Source: Fimbriosthenelais zetlandica (taxonomy: Eukaryota). From it: DNA of 64,000 nt. Positions 11,376-23,112 of the stretch are shown here, one piece after another; the first letter of the stretch is position 1, and the number at the start of each line of letters is the position of its first letter. The notes beneath the pieces are model-generated. The model worked only from the letters and a program-made list of their open reading frames with translations, was not told the origin of the DNA and ran no database searches. Location: positions 46,376,001 through 46,440,000 of the forward strand of contig OZ365111.1 in assembly GCA_977030845.1 (NCBI GenBank), given 5' to 3'. The position numbers and the translations under genes were made by a program.

Positions 11376-14339
11376 TTACAGCAGCTTACCACGCACGGTG
11401 GGTGGCTGTTCTGGAAATGAAGGATCAATGAGAAAATGATTAAGGAACAGCTTTTTTCAGTGATCACTCACTAGGATCCCGTCCCCAATCGCTTTCATCC
11501 ATCATCATTCCCTGTGATTTGAATCTTTCGCCTGCGAACACTAGATATTAGTGGTGGGCAGGTAAAGGCAAAGCCTTAAAAGGAGGAGGATTTGGGAGAG
11601 TATAGCTTGACTGGCGTGGATATAAGCTATTATAGGCAGGAAGGGGAATATTGCCATAAGGAAAAGAGAGTCAGAAAGCATGGGATGGGTGGGTGTGAAA
11701 GGCATGGTGACACTGATTGCTTGGTTATGATCAAGAGGAAAGAATCGGTGAGAAAGGATCAGCTTTTTTGGTTGCGACCATTATGGAAATATCACTCTTG
11801 ATTTAAAGGGAGAAATTCACTATGACATAAGGCAGTCTCCTCTGACATACGGCCCACCAAAGTGCTTGCATTCTGACAAATTACTTGGTATAAATAACGG
11901 ATTAATCACATTTACCTGGTAGAAAAAAATGAGGTTCAAGCTTCAAAAAAGGCAATTAATTTTCCACTTCTGGCTTTATGAAGATGTAGTGTCTCACTTA
12001 TAATTAAACCACTGGGCAACGTACAATGAATCATTTAAAAAAGATGCTCAAAGATTAACAAATAATCATTTTGCTCGCAGCGATTTATAAGTCTTTAAAA
12101 AAAGGCCAGTGGAGAGTTGGTAACAAAGATAGCAGTAGTGTACGAAACAATGAAAAACAGCAGATCATGAATTGTACAGAGATCTCTTGTGTCTTGCAAG
12201 TAAGTGGAGGATCTGATACTCTTTTGAGCTCCAAACGCCTCAGCCATGCACTGCTCTATCTTCTGAAGATTTGTCTAGTATGTATAGACCAGACAAAGAA
12301 CAATACTATATACCTGCAGTCAGAAGCAATGATACAAAACTATAGTAATAGCAGTAGATTTAAGGGCCGGAAAATGTTTTTAATTGCATGACCCTGGCGA
12401 TATCATTTACAAGCTATCTCTTGTGACCTCGTGGGCGACTGCGAGTTTGCCTGACTACTCTCGCAGCGGTGGGGGACCAGCTTTAGGAAGGCCTTGAACT
12501 CCCAGATGAGGCCTTAACCCGCATCCACTCGTTGTCATGGAGATCAAACCCTATCTAACCTATCAGACGTGTTTAATACTGGTATTTTATGACTCTTTTA
12601 TCTACACTCCCGCAACTCTCTACCAGGTAAATTATTCATGGTAATTATAGAGATATGATCATGTCATATGCACGAGGTAAGCCATAGAGAGGTGATGGCG
12701 AGACCCTCGCCTCATACCCTGCATGGCATTGCCGGACTTTTATCTACCTTTTATGATATGTTTGTGACCCCATACCTTTTTAGTTGCCTGTTTTACAGGA
12801 AGGGAGACCTGTAAATTATGGATGTTTAGCTTATCCCTTAACCAGTACAAGTGGTTTCCCGTCAAATAGTGCCAACAAATTCTGGTACATCAGGCTCTAT
12901 TATCTTGCAATGTAATTCATTAGAAAGATGTATAAACCAATGCCAGTGCATTTTTATATTTGGTAAAGCTTTCATTAACATCCGACCAAGTCTAAATTTA
13001 AAAAAAAAACACTCTACCACTCCTCGTATCCATACAAAACACCCATCCTCAACATGCATGGCCATGACCGTGCCCAGCCATCTCTGCTCACTTCCCCCCG
13101 AAGAAAAACCAGTAGGAAAAATAAGGTTTGTTTTTGTCGCAGTCCATGTCAGATTAACCATTTCAATGGCAATGATTATCAACTAAACATCAAAGAGGAA
13201 GGCCGCTCGCCGAGCAGCTTCCGCATCCTCATGACTAGCCATCCATTCCACGGTAATCGATACAGGAACGATTATCTGACTTTTTGTGCCTCTCGTAATG
13301 GTTTATTCCGGCTTGAGCTACACAGGGGATTTTTTTATGCAGAATAATGAAGTGGGACCCTTTTTGGTATCATTAAAGAAACCTTTGTAATCATGAAATA
13401 GTATTGAGCACCACTTTAGACCTATCTTTCTTTCATTTATCTTTCAGAGCTGCATTGAGAACATGAGTCATCTACCTTGAATTAGATTTAAAGGAGACTC
13501 TTTTTCCGCCCAAAATTCATAGATATATTTAGCATATTGTATTTTTCAATGCCTCTGCATTGTCTTTAGATTCCTCTAGAAATGACTAATGCCAGGCATC
13601 CACTAAGGCGATAAAGGGAAATGCCAAAAATAGGAGCCTAGGCGAACATAGACCACACAAGCGTTTGTGTATTATAATGCTCTATTCCCTAAATATAGTT
13701 TGCTTTGAACTAAAACTATAGCTCTCTACTCTCATTAGAGATGCCACTGATGCCGGTTAATCACTCCCCTAAAGGAGACAGTGATTTTCAGGGGACGAGG
13801 TTGAAGACAGAGACAAAAGAGATAAAACCAAGGTGAGCCTTTAGACTAAGTACATTCAATTAAACTCATCTATTCATTGATGGTGACAGCAATGCCTTGG
13901 GAGGCCTATACTGATTATAGAAGGAGAACATCATGAGTAGGAGACAAGATGCCACTTGGCTCTACAATCTAAATGAACAGCTGTCATCGTCAGATTGTAC
14001 CTTCCGCCCTCCTGGTTATAAACATCCGACCACATATATACCCTCCCTCCCAATTAAACAGGCAGCGCCAATTCATCCCCGGTCCCAGCCTGCAAGGCCC
14101 ACTCCACTGTAGCAAATTTGATTATTAGTCCCCACTGGGAGGTCTATGAATAACAGCGCTGGCAGATGTGAGTGAAATATACATTTGCAAAGATAAATAC
14201 ATTGTATGATTAGTGGGGGAGTGACTGCGGTAGGGTATAGTGGCAGGGACATTAAGCGAAAAGGAGACAGGGGACGGGTGGGCTCGGCTTATCACTACAG
14301 TGCATAACCCCCCTCTAGTCCCAACAATGCCCCTTAGGC

Positions 14340-14600
14340 GAACTAATCAGGTCGACAAACAGGTCGGCCATCTTTTTTGTCTTTTGAAGACAGCATCTTG
14401 TGGCTGTCTATCAGGTCTAGTTAGCCCAGAGGCGTCTTGGGTGGGAATGTCTGTCCTATGCCCTGACAGATCGGGCGAATTTAGGAGACCCCCACTGCCA
14501 GGAAGAACAACCCTGGACAAGACACTAGAGCGGTGGCATCCGAGCAAACAAATGTGTACCAACTTATATACAAGACAGACATTTTTTTCTATTCAGTTTT
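14340..14600 (+). mobile_element. Possible LINE RT N-terminal remnant
   Basis: EFRRPPLPGRTTLDKTLER resembles NYRPISLxxxxxKxLER (ORF 14240..14641). Confidence 0.25.
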
Positions 14601-16249
14601 CACACCATTTGTCCAAGGCTGCCAACAATCAGAGACGATGAATCATGCATTGCTTCTCTCAACTTGATGGAATGACTTCCCATTTTGATTTGTGCAAATC
14701 GATTTTTGAAATGAAAGCAATTCTAGCGTACTCGACTTTTTGACAGGTTTGGTTAAATCGAGCACAAGTGAGAGGGTAAAAGTTGAGCGCGAGGGCTTTT
14801 CATCATTCAATGCTTGCCAGGGTGGAGCTGTGCTGCTGCAAACTGTATGAGCTGAGGGAGTCCATGGTCTAGCCAGGCATATTGCTGAACAGATGATATT
14901 CTCCCTCCCTGATCCTAGATATCACAACTAACCATGAGAAACAGAGATTAGACTCTAACAGAAAATGTTCACAGAAAGTAAAGATTAAAACAATCATCGC
15001 TTATTGCGTATCCTTTAGATCACCACTGAAAAGTTCATGACCCCATTTTACAATAATATTGAGGAGTGCTCTTATACTATTACACAGTAAGAGAGCTCAT
15101 AGAAAAGGCAATCGCGAGCACTCACACTCATGTACCACCAACATCATCAGGTTCTTGTTTTAGACAAATGAAAAAAAATTGCCAACTATGATCATCTCAC
15201 ACAATTGTACTCTGAAGGGCGTTGCAGAAGGATTGAACCAAGGACCTGTTGTGAAACCGACTTACAAGAGCCACTAGCAGAGTTTGAGAGTCACTAAAGT
15301 GTTGTATAAACAAACATCAAACGAACACCTTACAGAAACTGGTAAGAATATGAATTTGGAATGAACTCCCATATCCAAAAATCCAGAAGAATGCCAATTG
15401 CCCCTAATCCTTAAGCATCCAATAAATGAGGGAAATTGGGCAAAGTACATAGAGGCGATGAAGGATGATGATGTTATCCACAGGCCCCATGAGGGACGCC
15501 TGTACAAAGACTACTGACAAGCTTATAAGTTAAGGTTGTCCATGTTGACATCAAGTGACGACCCGGTCAGGGCTGGATCATAATTCGCCTCACTTCACCA
15601 TGAGATGGTCTCCCTTGTGATCTTTGTCTCAATGATTTAGTGCTATTATTCAGGCGACAAACATCCAAATAGACTAGACCATGGCTCTCACATTTTTTGT
15701 GGGTTCAGGTTAAAGTTTTTTATCAGTGATTCTGGATGGCATGCAGAAAAGAAGCATGATCCTTCCCATAAAGGCAGAATATCACATAAAAATGCGACAG
15801 AACATATCAGTAGAATAAGACAGAACATCCCATAAGAATGACAAAATTAACCTTACAACATTATATGAACACCAGTCGAAAATCGGCTGCAATGATAAAT
15901 TGAAAGATCTATCAGCTTTTTCAGAAGGAAACTTGTTTGTATAACACCATAAAAAGAGCGCATATATATAGATATGAGCATCACGAAAGAAATCTAGCAA
16001 GATTCCAAAGAATGAAAAACTGCTTCCAAAAGAGCCTCGCGAACAATTAATGCATAGCATATACATGCACGACAAGCCCAGTTTCGAAGTTAACAAATAA
16101 CTTATAGTTTAGGCTGAGAACAATCTGAAGCATAGAACGTGGGAAGAGAAGCATAGAAGGTGGACGTTTTTCACCAGAGTTGGTAGCGAGCAACTCTACT
16201 TTGCAAAAATCCGTCAGCACCCCTGTACCCGGGTGAGTTGGGGGTGGAG

Positions 16250-16600
16250 AGGGAAGGCCATGACCCCGCTATAACTATCTTGTCAGTCACGCCTGTCAGA
16301 AGGCTATTATAACGGCAAACTTCCACCATCCCACCCCCACCCACACCCACACACTCTTTCCCCTACATCTTAGGCTGGTAGAAAGAACATTTGTCATCTC
16401 CCATTCAGGTCAACCAGGAGCTGCTCATTCACTTCCTACGAGAGCAGCTCTTTAATGTTGGCAGTGCGGAGCAACAAGGTTACTTTGGAATCAAAGAGGA
16501 AAGAGTTTTGATTCCTACGCTCTGTATTTCAGATACCAATCGGCAAAACCCAACTGACATGTACAGATTACTGACAGTAAAGATTCGGAAAATTAACTAA
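16250..16600 (+). mobile_element. Possible LINE RT remnant
   Basis: VNQELLIHFLREQLFNVGSAEQQGYFGIKEER resembles VNxxLxxxLxxxxLLxxxQxGFRxxRS (ORF 16391..16600). Confidence 0.3.
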
Positions 16601-16914
16601 CTTAACAACTTCCATGCTGGGAAATGTTTAGAAATTATACCCTTCAGTGAATGAATGTTTATGATACCAGAGTTTCGGCTCATGATATGACACTTCATAT
16701 CAAAACAGCTCAAGTAAACTCACTTCCAAGACTTTTCCAGATCCAGAATTTGTCAAAGGTCAATTGCCTTTCAAGCCGTCGTTTCATGCACGGCCCTTTG
16801 AAGCCAATTCAAGATTGAGGGGCAATTCCTTCCACTTTTATCGATATCAATATTGATTTTTTAAAACACATAAATAAGGAACGTCAGTTAGGTGGGGTTA
16901 TCAGGCGCTAGCCA

Positions 16915-16950
16915 GCACATCACGTGACGCCATTCCCTCACGTGATCAAA
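16915..16950. promoter_or_regulatory. Paired TCACGTGA (CLEAR/USF/MiT-type E-boxes)
   Basis: TCACGTGA at 16920-16927 and 16938-16945. Confidence 0.4.
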
Positions 16951-17949
16951 TCTGACCCCCCAGTGGTGACCTGAGTAAGTGGCAGAAGCTGATAAAGGTC
17001 ATTGTGGCATTCATCACTGGAATATATTGACAACATTGGCGGCGCCAACATCCCAGTGTTCGTGAACAAATTAACCTTTCGCAACATCTCCCTCATTCCG
17101 CCAGTGAAGGAGGGGGAGGGATGAGAAGGAGGCGTGAAGATTGGTGAGTGGAAGGATCTGTTCTCCAGGCTCTAATTAGTTAGCAAGACATTGATTGAGC
17201 CTATCTAAAATATGCGTTAATCAATACCAACGGATTGGATCTTGGTTCTCACTTGAAGATCAACGGATGGAAGGCAATTGTCTGCAATTCTTTTATTGAT
17301 TACTTCTTCAAACTCTAATCAGCTTGAAAATGGTTTTGTAAATGCAGCAATTATTATTCCTTGAGAAAAATACAAAATATTGTGAAAGATTCGGTTTATG
17401 AAAGGTTTATAGCTAAATTCACGACCGCAGCATACGTTACATTCCCAGCAGTGAATGTACAGTCTAACCAACATAATATTCCAACAGTCATTACAACATA
17501 AAAAAATACAACATACAAAAGTAGTTTAGATAATTTTGAGTGTACCATAGGTTGAGTCAGGCAAAGGTGAAGAAGTCTCTGGCATTGTAACAGAACAGCT
17601 TATCTATAGGCCCAGTCACGTAATGAACATGAGAAAGAGACATAACTCTTGCGCGGGTCATACCAACTCTGGTCAATATAGAGCAAAGTCTATAATATAC
17701 ATCAACTTCAGATGATTATAAAATGACTGGACAAACTTCTAAAGATATGCTCCTTTTAAAAAATGGAACATTTCCAATCTGAAGGTAACATGATATAATG
17801 GTGAAGGAACATGGTATCGACACATGATTAATGAATGTCTTCTGGAACAAAACCATTCAGGAGGCAATTGAGAATCTCATAACTGAGCCAAATTCAAAAT
17901 TCTCCTAATTATTAGGAGAGGTCATGGACCGGAGCCAAGCGTGCGATGC

Positions 17950-18900
17950 TAGGTTAGCGGCATTGTTAGCATGCTATAGTAAAGGCATGGAGAGCAGTAA
18001 TGATCCCTTTCTGCCACAAACCATCCCACATGTCTCTTTATGCCTATCTCATGCATCGATTGAGCAGAGGAAAGGTCAGAAAAGCAATGGTTAAACGCAT
18101 CCATCAGGAGCTGGTTGCTACGTGATCTGTGTGTATCATTAATGGGCTTGTTTCACCTATACTTTAGTCGGTATAACTCCCGACTTCAACCCTATTATCT
18201 CCTCCCGTTAATGGACTTGTTCCAACATGCCTCATGATTGACGGGCCTTATTATTATCATTCGCTTTGAGCTCCATTGTCTGTGGTAGTAATTCCTCTGT
18301 TATACCTGGAAGACAACAAGCACTTTCTCCCAAGTGGTTATCAAATGACTTGTACTTATAAGTTGAAGAGCTTCAATACCTGTTGAGGGAAAGCTTTACC
18401 TGTTAGTTGGTATTCATAACGTATTATTCTGCGTTTTCAAAGCCTGTCAGTTTCTCCATTTTTCACCAGATTAAAAAGTGCTTTAATAGTCGGTTCTCGT
18501 CTTTAGTGCAGCTTTTATGCAGGAAGAGAAAAGGCATTAAACCCTTTATACCTGTGCCATAACACACAAAAAATGTATGTTTAGCTTAACATAGCAATTC
18601 ATGGCAAAGTACTGAATGAACCAGCATACGATGGAAGTATACCAGTCTTCAGCAAGTTGAGCATTTCACCATGGGTCAGAAATGAGTGGTCAGTCCCATT
18701 AGGATAAAAACCACTGGGTTGGATCCAGTTAAGATTAGCTTCCTTGATCACTGAACCATTTTAATGACCTCTTGCTCATCCCAGCATTCGCCTTGAATGA
18801 TACCTTTGAGTATATGGCAACGTCTACCAAATTCCTAAATCCTAATTTATGATCCGGCTCCTCAAAAATGGTTGGCCAGTCCATAATATTGCATTTCTCA
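17950..18900 (-). mobile_element. Decayed CR1/L2-type RT remnant
   Basis: LNLLKTGILPS at 18661-18629 (cf. FNxSLxTGxFP), FSDLSSA at 18083-18063 (cf. FLDLSxAFD) and IGIKRHVGWF at 18047-18018 (cf. GIxGxxLxWF), in the correct order. Confidence 0.4.
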
Positions 18901-21463
18901 CTTCCAGTAATATACTAAGGCTCTCATAGAGTTTTTTTTATAATATTATATACAAAACGAAGATTTAAGACCAATTATTCCGTAAATATGTTTATATAAT
19001 ATAAGCAGGCTTTTGACATGGAGGTTTGGGCTTCTATAGAGAGATAGGGCTGAGAAAGGCAGAGGCTGGACTAAAAATATGATATGCCTTTGCTCCATGG
19101 AACTTTTGCTGGCATGGTGCATAATTGATAGTGATGGACAGTTCACATGTCTTTGACATATCTCAGCTAATGTTCAGTATAGGTGAAGTGGCCAGTCATG
19201 CACTGACTGATCCTAATGATTATCTGGCCTTACGATGGAGGCAAAGCAGCCCATTTAATAGGCCTAACTTCAGTGAATCACACACATGGTAACAAATATT
19301 GGATTTCCTCTGCCATATTGAAATTTAAAATGTCCATACTGATTCACAAGTACCCTGTTTCCAATAGTTCACAAGGAACAATAATTCTGCAATTGAAATC
19401 ACATATCAATGAACCCAGAGCATTTGTTGTAGGCCTAAAAGTGGACAAATTGGTTAGTTGAGTATTAAGTATTGGGGGGACTTTATGTGGTGGGCAGTCA
19501 GTATATATGAAAGGTGGACTGATAGGATCAAACCTGCCCGGTCCTTTGATGTATGGGTGATCAGTGAATGATCCTCTTTGATCCCAACAGAATGGATTAG
19601 ATCAACTCCAGCTTGTGGGCGGGGGCTAGCAGCTCAAGGTACATGCAGGCTCGGCCAGGATTACACATGATCAGTGCATGTGTGGAGTTGGTGATTAATC
19701 TTCTGTTATTCTCTCATTTTTAGTTGAACAGGTACATGTATAGTACAAATCCCAGGGGTTGTTCCATAATAAATACAGGAAAATGTAGTGGACTTTTCTC
19801 GATGAAAGAGCCCTGTTGTAATTTAACTAACATGAAGGAGAGTACGATGGAAGGAGAGACCAAAGTAAGAATCGTCGATGGAAGTGGGAAGGGACAGAAC
19901 ACAGGATGCAATCACCAAAAGAAGGCTTGATATGAGTTATTAAATATCCTAAGCCACGTGAAGCTAGGAGGATTTGGCAAGCACAAAGAGGCCATTAATT
20001 GAGATGATTATTCAGAAGAGACAAGCCAATGACACGCTCTAAGACGTCTCAGACAAGCTGTTTTTAGATGAAGTGCCGAGCCTTCTAATATTAGCAGGAG
20101 ATAGGTGGCGGTCAGTCGGCGGCTCTGTCATATAAATTAAGGGTTAATCTTCCTACAGGGGAAGATAGCCAGGGTCGGGAGAGAGTGACAGGAATTAATT
20201 ATCCCAGGTCGTAATATTTGATTATCTTGTCAGGGAAACAAGTCAGGACTGCGGCGATCTAATAATAGCTACACTGCTGGGTGCATATATAAAGACAGCC
20301 CCACACTGCATCAAAATGCATCTGAAATGCAAAGGTCCCTTGAACCATATAATGTTAGGGTCCGAGTCAACCTTTACGTCCAACAGGCATGTGAAACCTT
20401 TACAACTGAATGGAAAAATGCTTACTACCAAGAGCAACACAATTATTTATGTGATGCATAGTGAATCTCCAGCTGAAAGGGGCTTGATATAGACTTATGT
20501 ATGTAGTTTGTTTGACCTATTTACTCAGCAATGTACCGAAATAATTACATTAAACATAGTCATATTAAGGATGAATGTACAACATGTACGATGTAATTGT
20601 ATTTAATGATGAATGTTCTTATGCTCATTATTCTATACACAAGGTCAATTCACATGCTGCCTGAAGTTCCTCTGGGATATAAAAATCCAGGCCACTCAAT
20701 AATGAAAAAGTCATCCCTGTGGGACTTATCCAATATTGTGAGAAAATTCAATTAAACCCATTTCGAGAGTCCTGTGTGCGTGGGATTCAAGGCATTTGTT
20801 TTTTTCATGTACAATGTCAAATTCCAAGTACAGCAAAAGCCATCATTATCAGTGACAATAAAATGCCATGTGCATGCTGAATTGTTACATTTGTGCAATG
20901 GAAAATGCTCTCTTTGAACAGTGCTTTTTACTGACACACGCAACCACGTCTTCTTAGGCCTACTCAGTGATAAACATTGTTCTCATATTAAAATATATAT
21001 CACTATTCAAGTAGGCTTACAAGTGTTCACAGACTCAAGGAGTAAGAGATACACAAAGGTGGTCTACAGTGTATTGCCCATATATTATTTATTTAGTGGT
21101 TAAGGCCTCTTAAATACACTGATGAGTGCGGATAACCCATAATAATATGCGGTAGATTGTACATGGCCCCCACTAAGGCGATAACCCAATAAAGCAACAT
21201 TTAAGGCGCAGAAATGATAATGTATTATCACTTTTGAAACCGGTCCAGAAGTGCTCTGCATAACTTCAGGCGATAACCACTAAGATGATAAGAGAAATCT
21301 ATGAGCAGATAATGTTCCTGTTATCACTTCAATTTTCGGTTTAGAGGAATCCGTACATACCATAAGATAGGCTTTTGTTTGTAGATCAATTCATCAGGCC
21401 ATAATACCTGGCAGCAAGTACAGGTCTGTACCTGTAGAAATGTTCATGAGGTGAACAAGATAA

Positions 21464-21766
21464 TTACATCAGAGTGTAGATCGCGAACGCTTCAAACAAA
21501 CGCTTCAAACGAGAAAGAAGCAGAGAAACAAAGCCATGCAGGCAATGTAATAAGGGATCAATGTAGCTTGAGAATGTTCTTTTCATCACAGCTTGTTTAC
21601 GGAGGCTGGATGTGGAGAGGTGGGCAATGATTGACACCCCTCTCTTGAATATTGATTCACGGGTGCAGACCACCTTTGAGAAACAGTACAGAATCACAAT
21701 AGGATCTGGAGGCGATATTTGAACATGCCCCCACATGGCTCTGCACCAGACTTGACCCTGCCACAT
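21464..21766 (-). mobile_element. Possible LINE RT remnant
   Basis: DPIVILYCFSKVV…IFKR…SLRKQAVMKRTFSS resembles RPISILxxFSKVFE…QxGFRxxxST. Confidence 0.3.
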
Positions 21767-21784
21767 AACGGGTCAAAAGGTGGC

Positions 21785-21900
21785 CACATCTGGAGCCACG
21801 TGCCACCACGTGGTCCCAACGATGACATCACGTGACACCACGTGGTCTCCGAGGTCTCGCGAGACTGTGAGAGTCAGCGTCTGACCCTGAGTGGCGGGAA
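21785..21900. promoter_or_regulatory. Promoter-like module: 4x CACGTG, TCTCGCGAGA and TGGCGGGAA
   Basis: E-boxes at 21797, 21807, 21829 and 21839; BANP/Kaiso-type palindrome at 21855-21864; E2F-type site at 21892-21900. Confidence 0.55.
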
Positions 21901-23058
21901 TGAAACCAGACCACAGGGACCAGGGTCTGTATTCAGCTAGTGACATTTGCTAAACAGTGATGCATGATTTAGTGTAATTGCCTGATCAATAACAGTCTGC
22001 AAACAGTCCGCCACAGATAACATGTCTATCTGGGTAGGAGCCCTTATAAATCGATAGGCTAGGCCACTTGGAGATTGATCTGTAACCTGAGGCCGACTTG
22101 TAGATCCCGTCCGGGTCGCAACAGGTTGATGCAACGCCAAATGGAAAACTAAACCAACTAGAGAGCCTCACACTACAAACTCATTAAGGCATTAAGTGGA
22201 AGGGAAATGAAGCTGAATAGTTCAATTTTAACATCAGTTCAGTGATAGACCTCCCGGAAATGCAAGGAAGTACATGGGAGTTTTTCGCCCTAGAAGTTTA
22301 TATGCTTAATGTAACCACTATTGGAGAATTATTCGGCTTCTTCCTGAAACATATAGTTCGGCATGTTTCTTTGAGAAATCCAACAGCATTTATAAGTTAA
22401 TGCATGTGGCATACACATAAATTTACTTATTCAAGAATTTAAATCTAAATGTGACCCAGATTTCGGAAACACATACTCACGATCAACTTCAAGAACTGGA
22501 GATGCTTACCTGAAAGGGAAAAGTAGAGTTTTATAGTAAATGTAGGCTGATACACAAAGGTCAGACAAAACAGATTCAGTACAAAACAGATTCAGTGCTT
22601 CGCTGCATTATCCTTGCTACATTAATGAATACGGGCAACATTAACATTAAAATGTGTAAGTTTTAACTAAGCCTTTCTCAAAACAAGATCAGATTTTATG
22701 TGAATTGAAGACTTTCTCAAAACAAGATCAGATATTATGTGAATTGCTTTAAGATGAATAACAGTAGTCCCGTTTCAAAATATTCAACTGGGCTCCGAGC
22801 TATATTCTTACAGAACGAAGCATTAAAATATATAGGTTAATTCACTGATTTGAGTTCCCCTTTAATAAAGCAAAGCCCTTGAATTATACGGAGTGAAGGG
22901 TACAGAAGATGGCTTGGGAGCCAGGAGGCATTTGGCAGAACAAGTGCCAACATTTGTAGCACTGGAGTTAAAAAGGATTATTTTCTGAGGACACACAGTG
23001 TGTTTGACAAATCTCTGGAGGCGGTGTAAAACGTCTCCATGTGGTCGAGCAGCACCTT

Positions 23059-23112
23059 GGGGCTGGGGGTGGGGGAGGGGGGGGGGGGCTGGGGTAGGGG
23101 TAGGGGAGGGGG
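23059..23112 (+). other. G-quadruplex-forming G-run cluster
   Basis: At least seven runs of 4 or more G separated by 1-2 nt loops. Confidence 0.7.

Noticed and set aside
11133-11439. Two L/S-rich ORFs
   Set aside because: CT microsatellite artefacts.
16409-16600. Plus-strand apparent exon VNQELLIHFLREQ…
   Set aside because: Weak donor; resembles the LINE RT QxGF region; no supporting plus-strand exons.
22567-22748. Short tandem duplications (16 bp and 39 bp); others at 21487, 33337, 39550, 58243
   Set aside because: Ordinary slippage duplications. The 39-bp period matches the minisatellite length but not its sequence.
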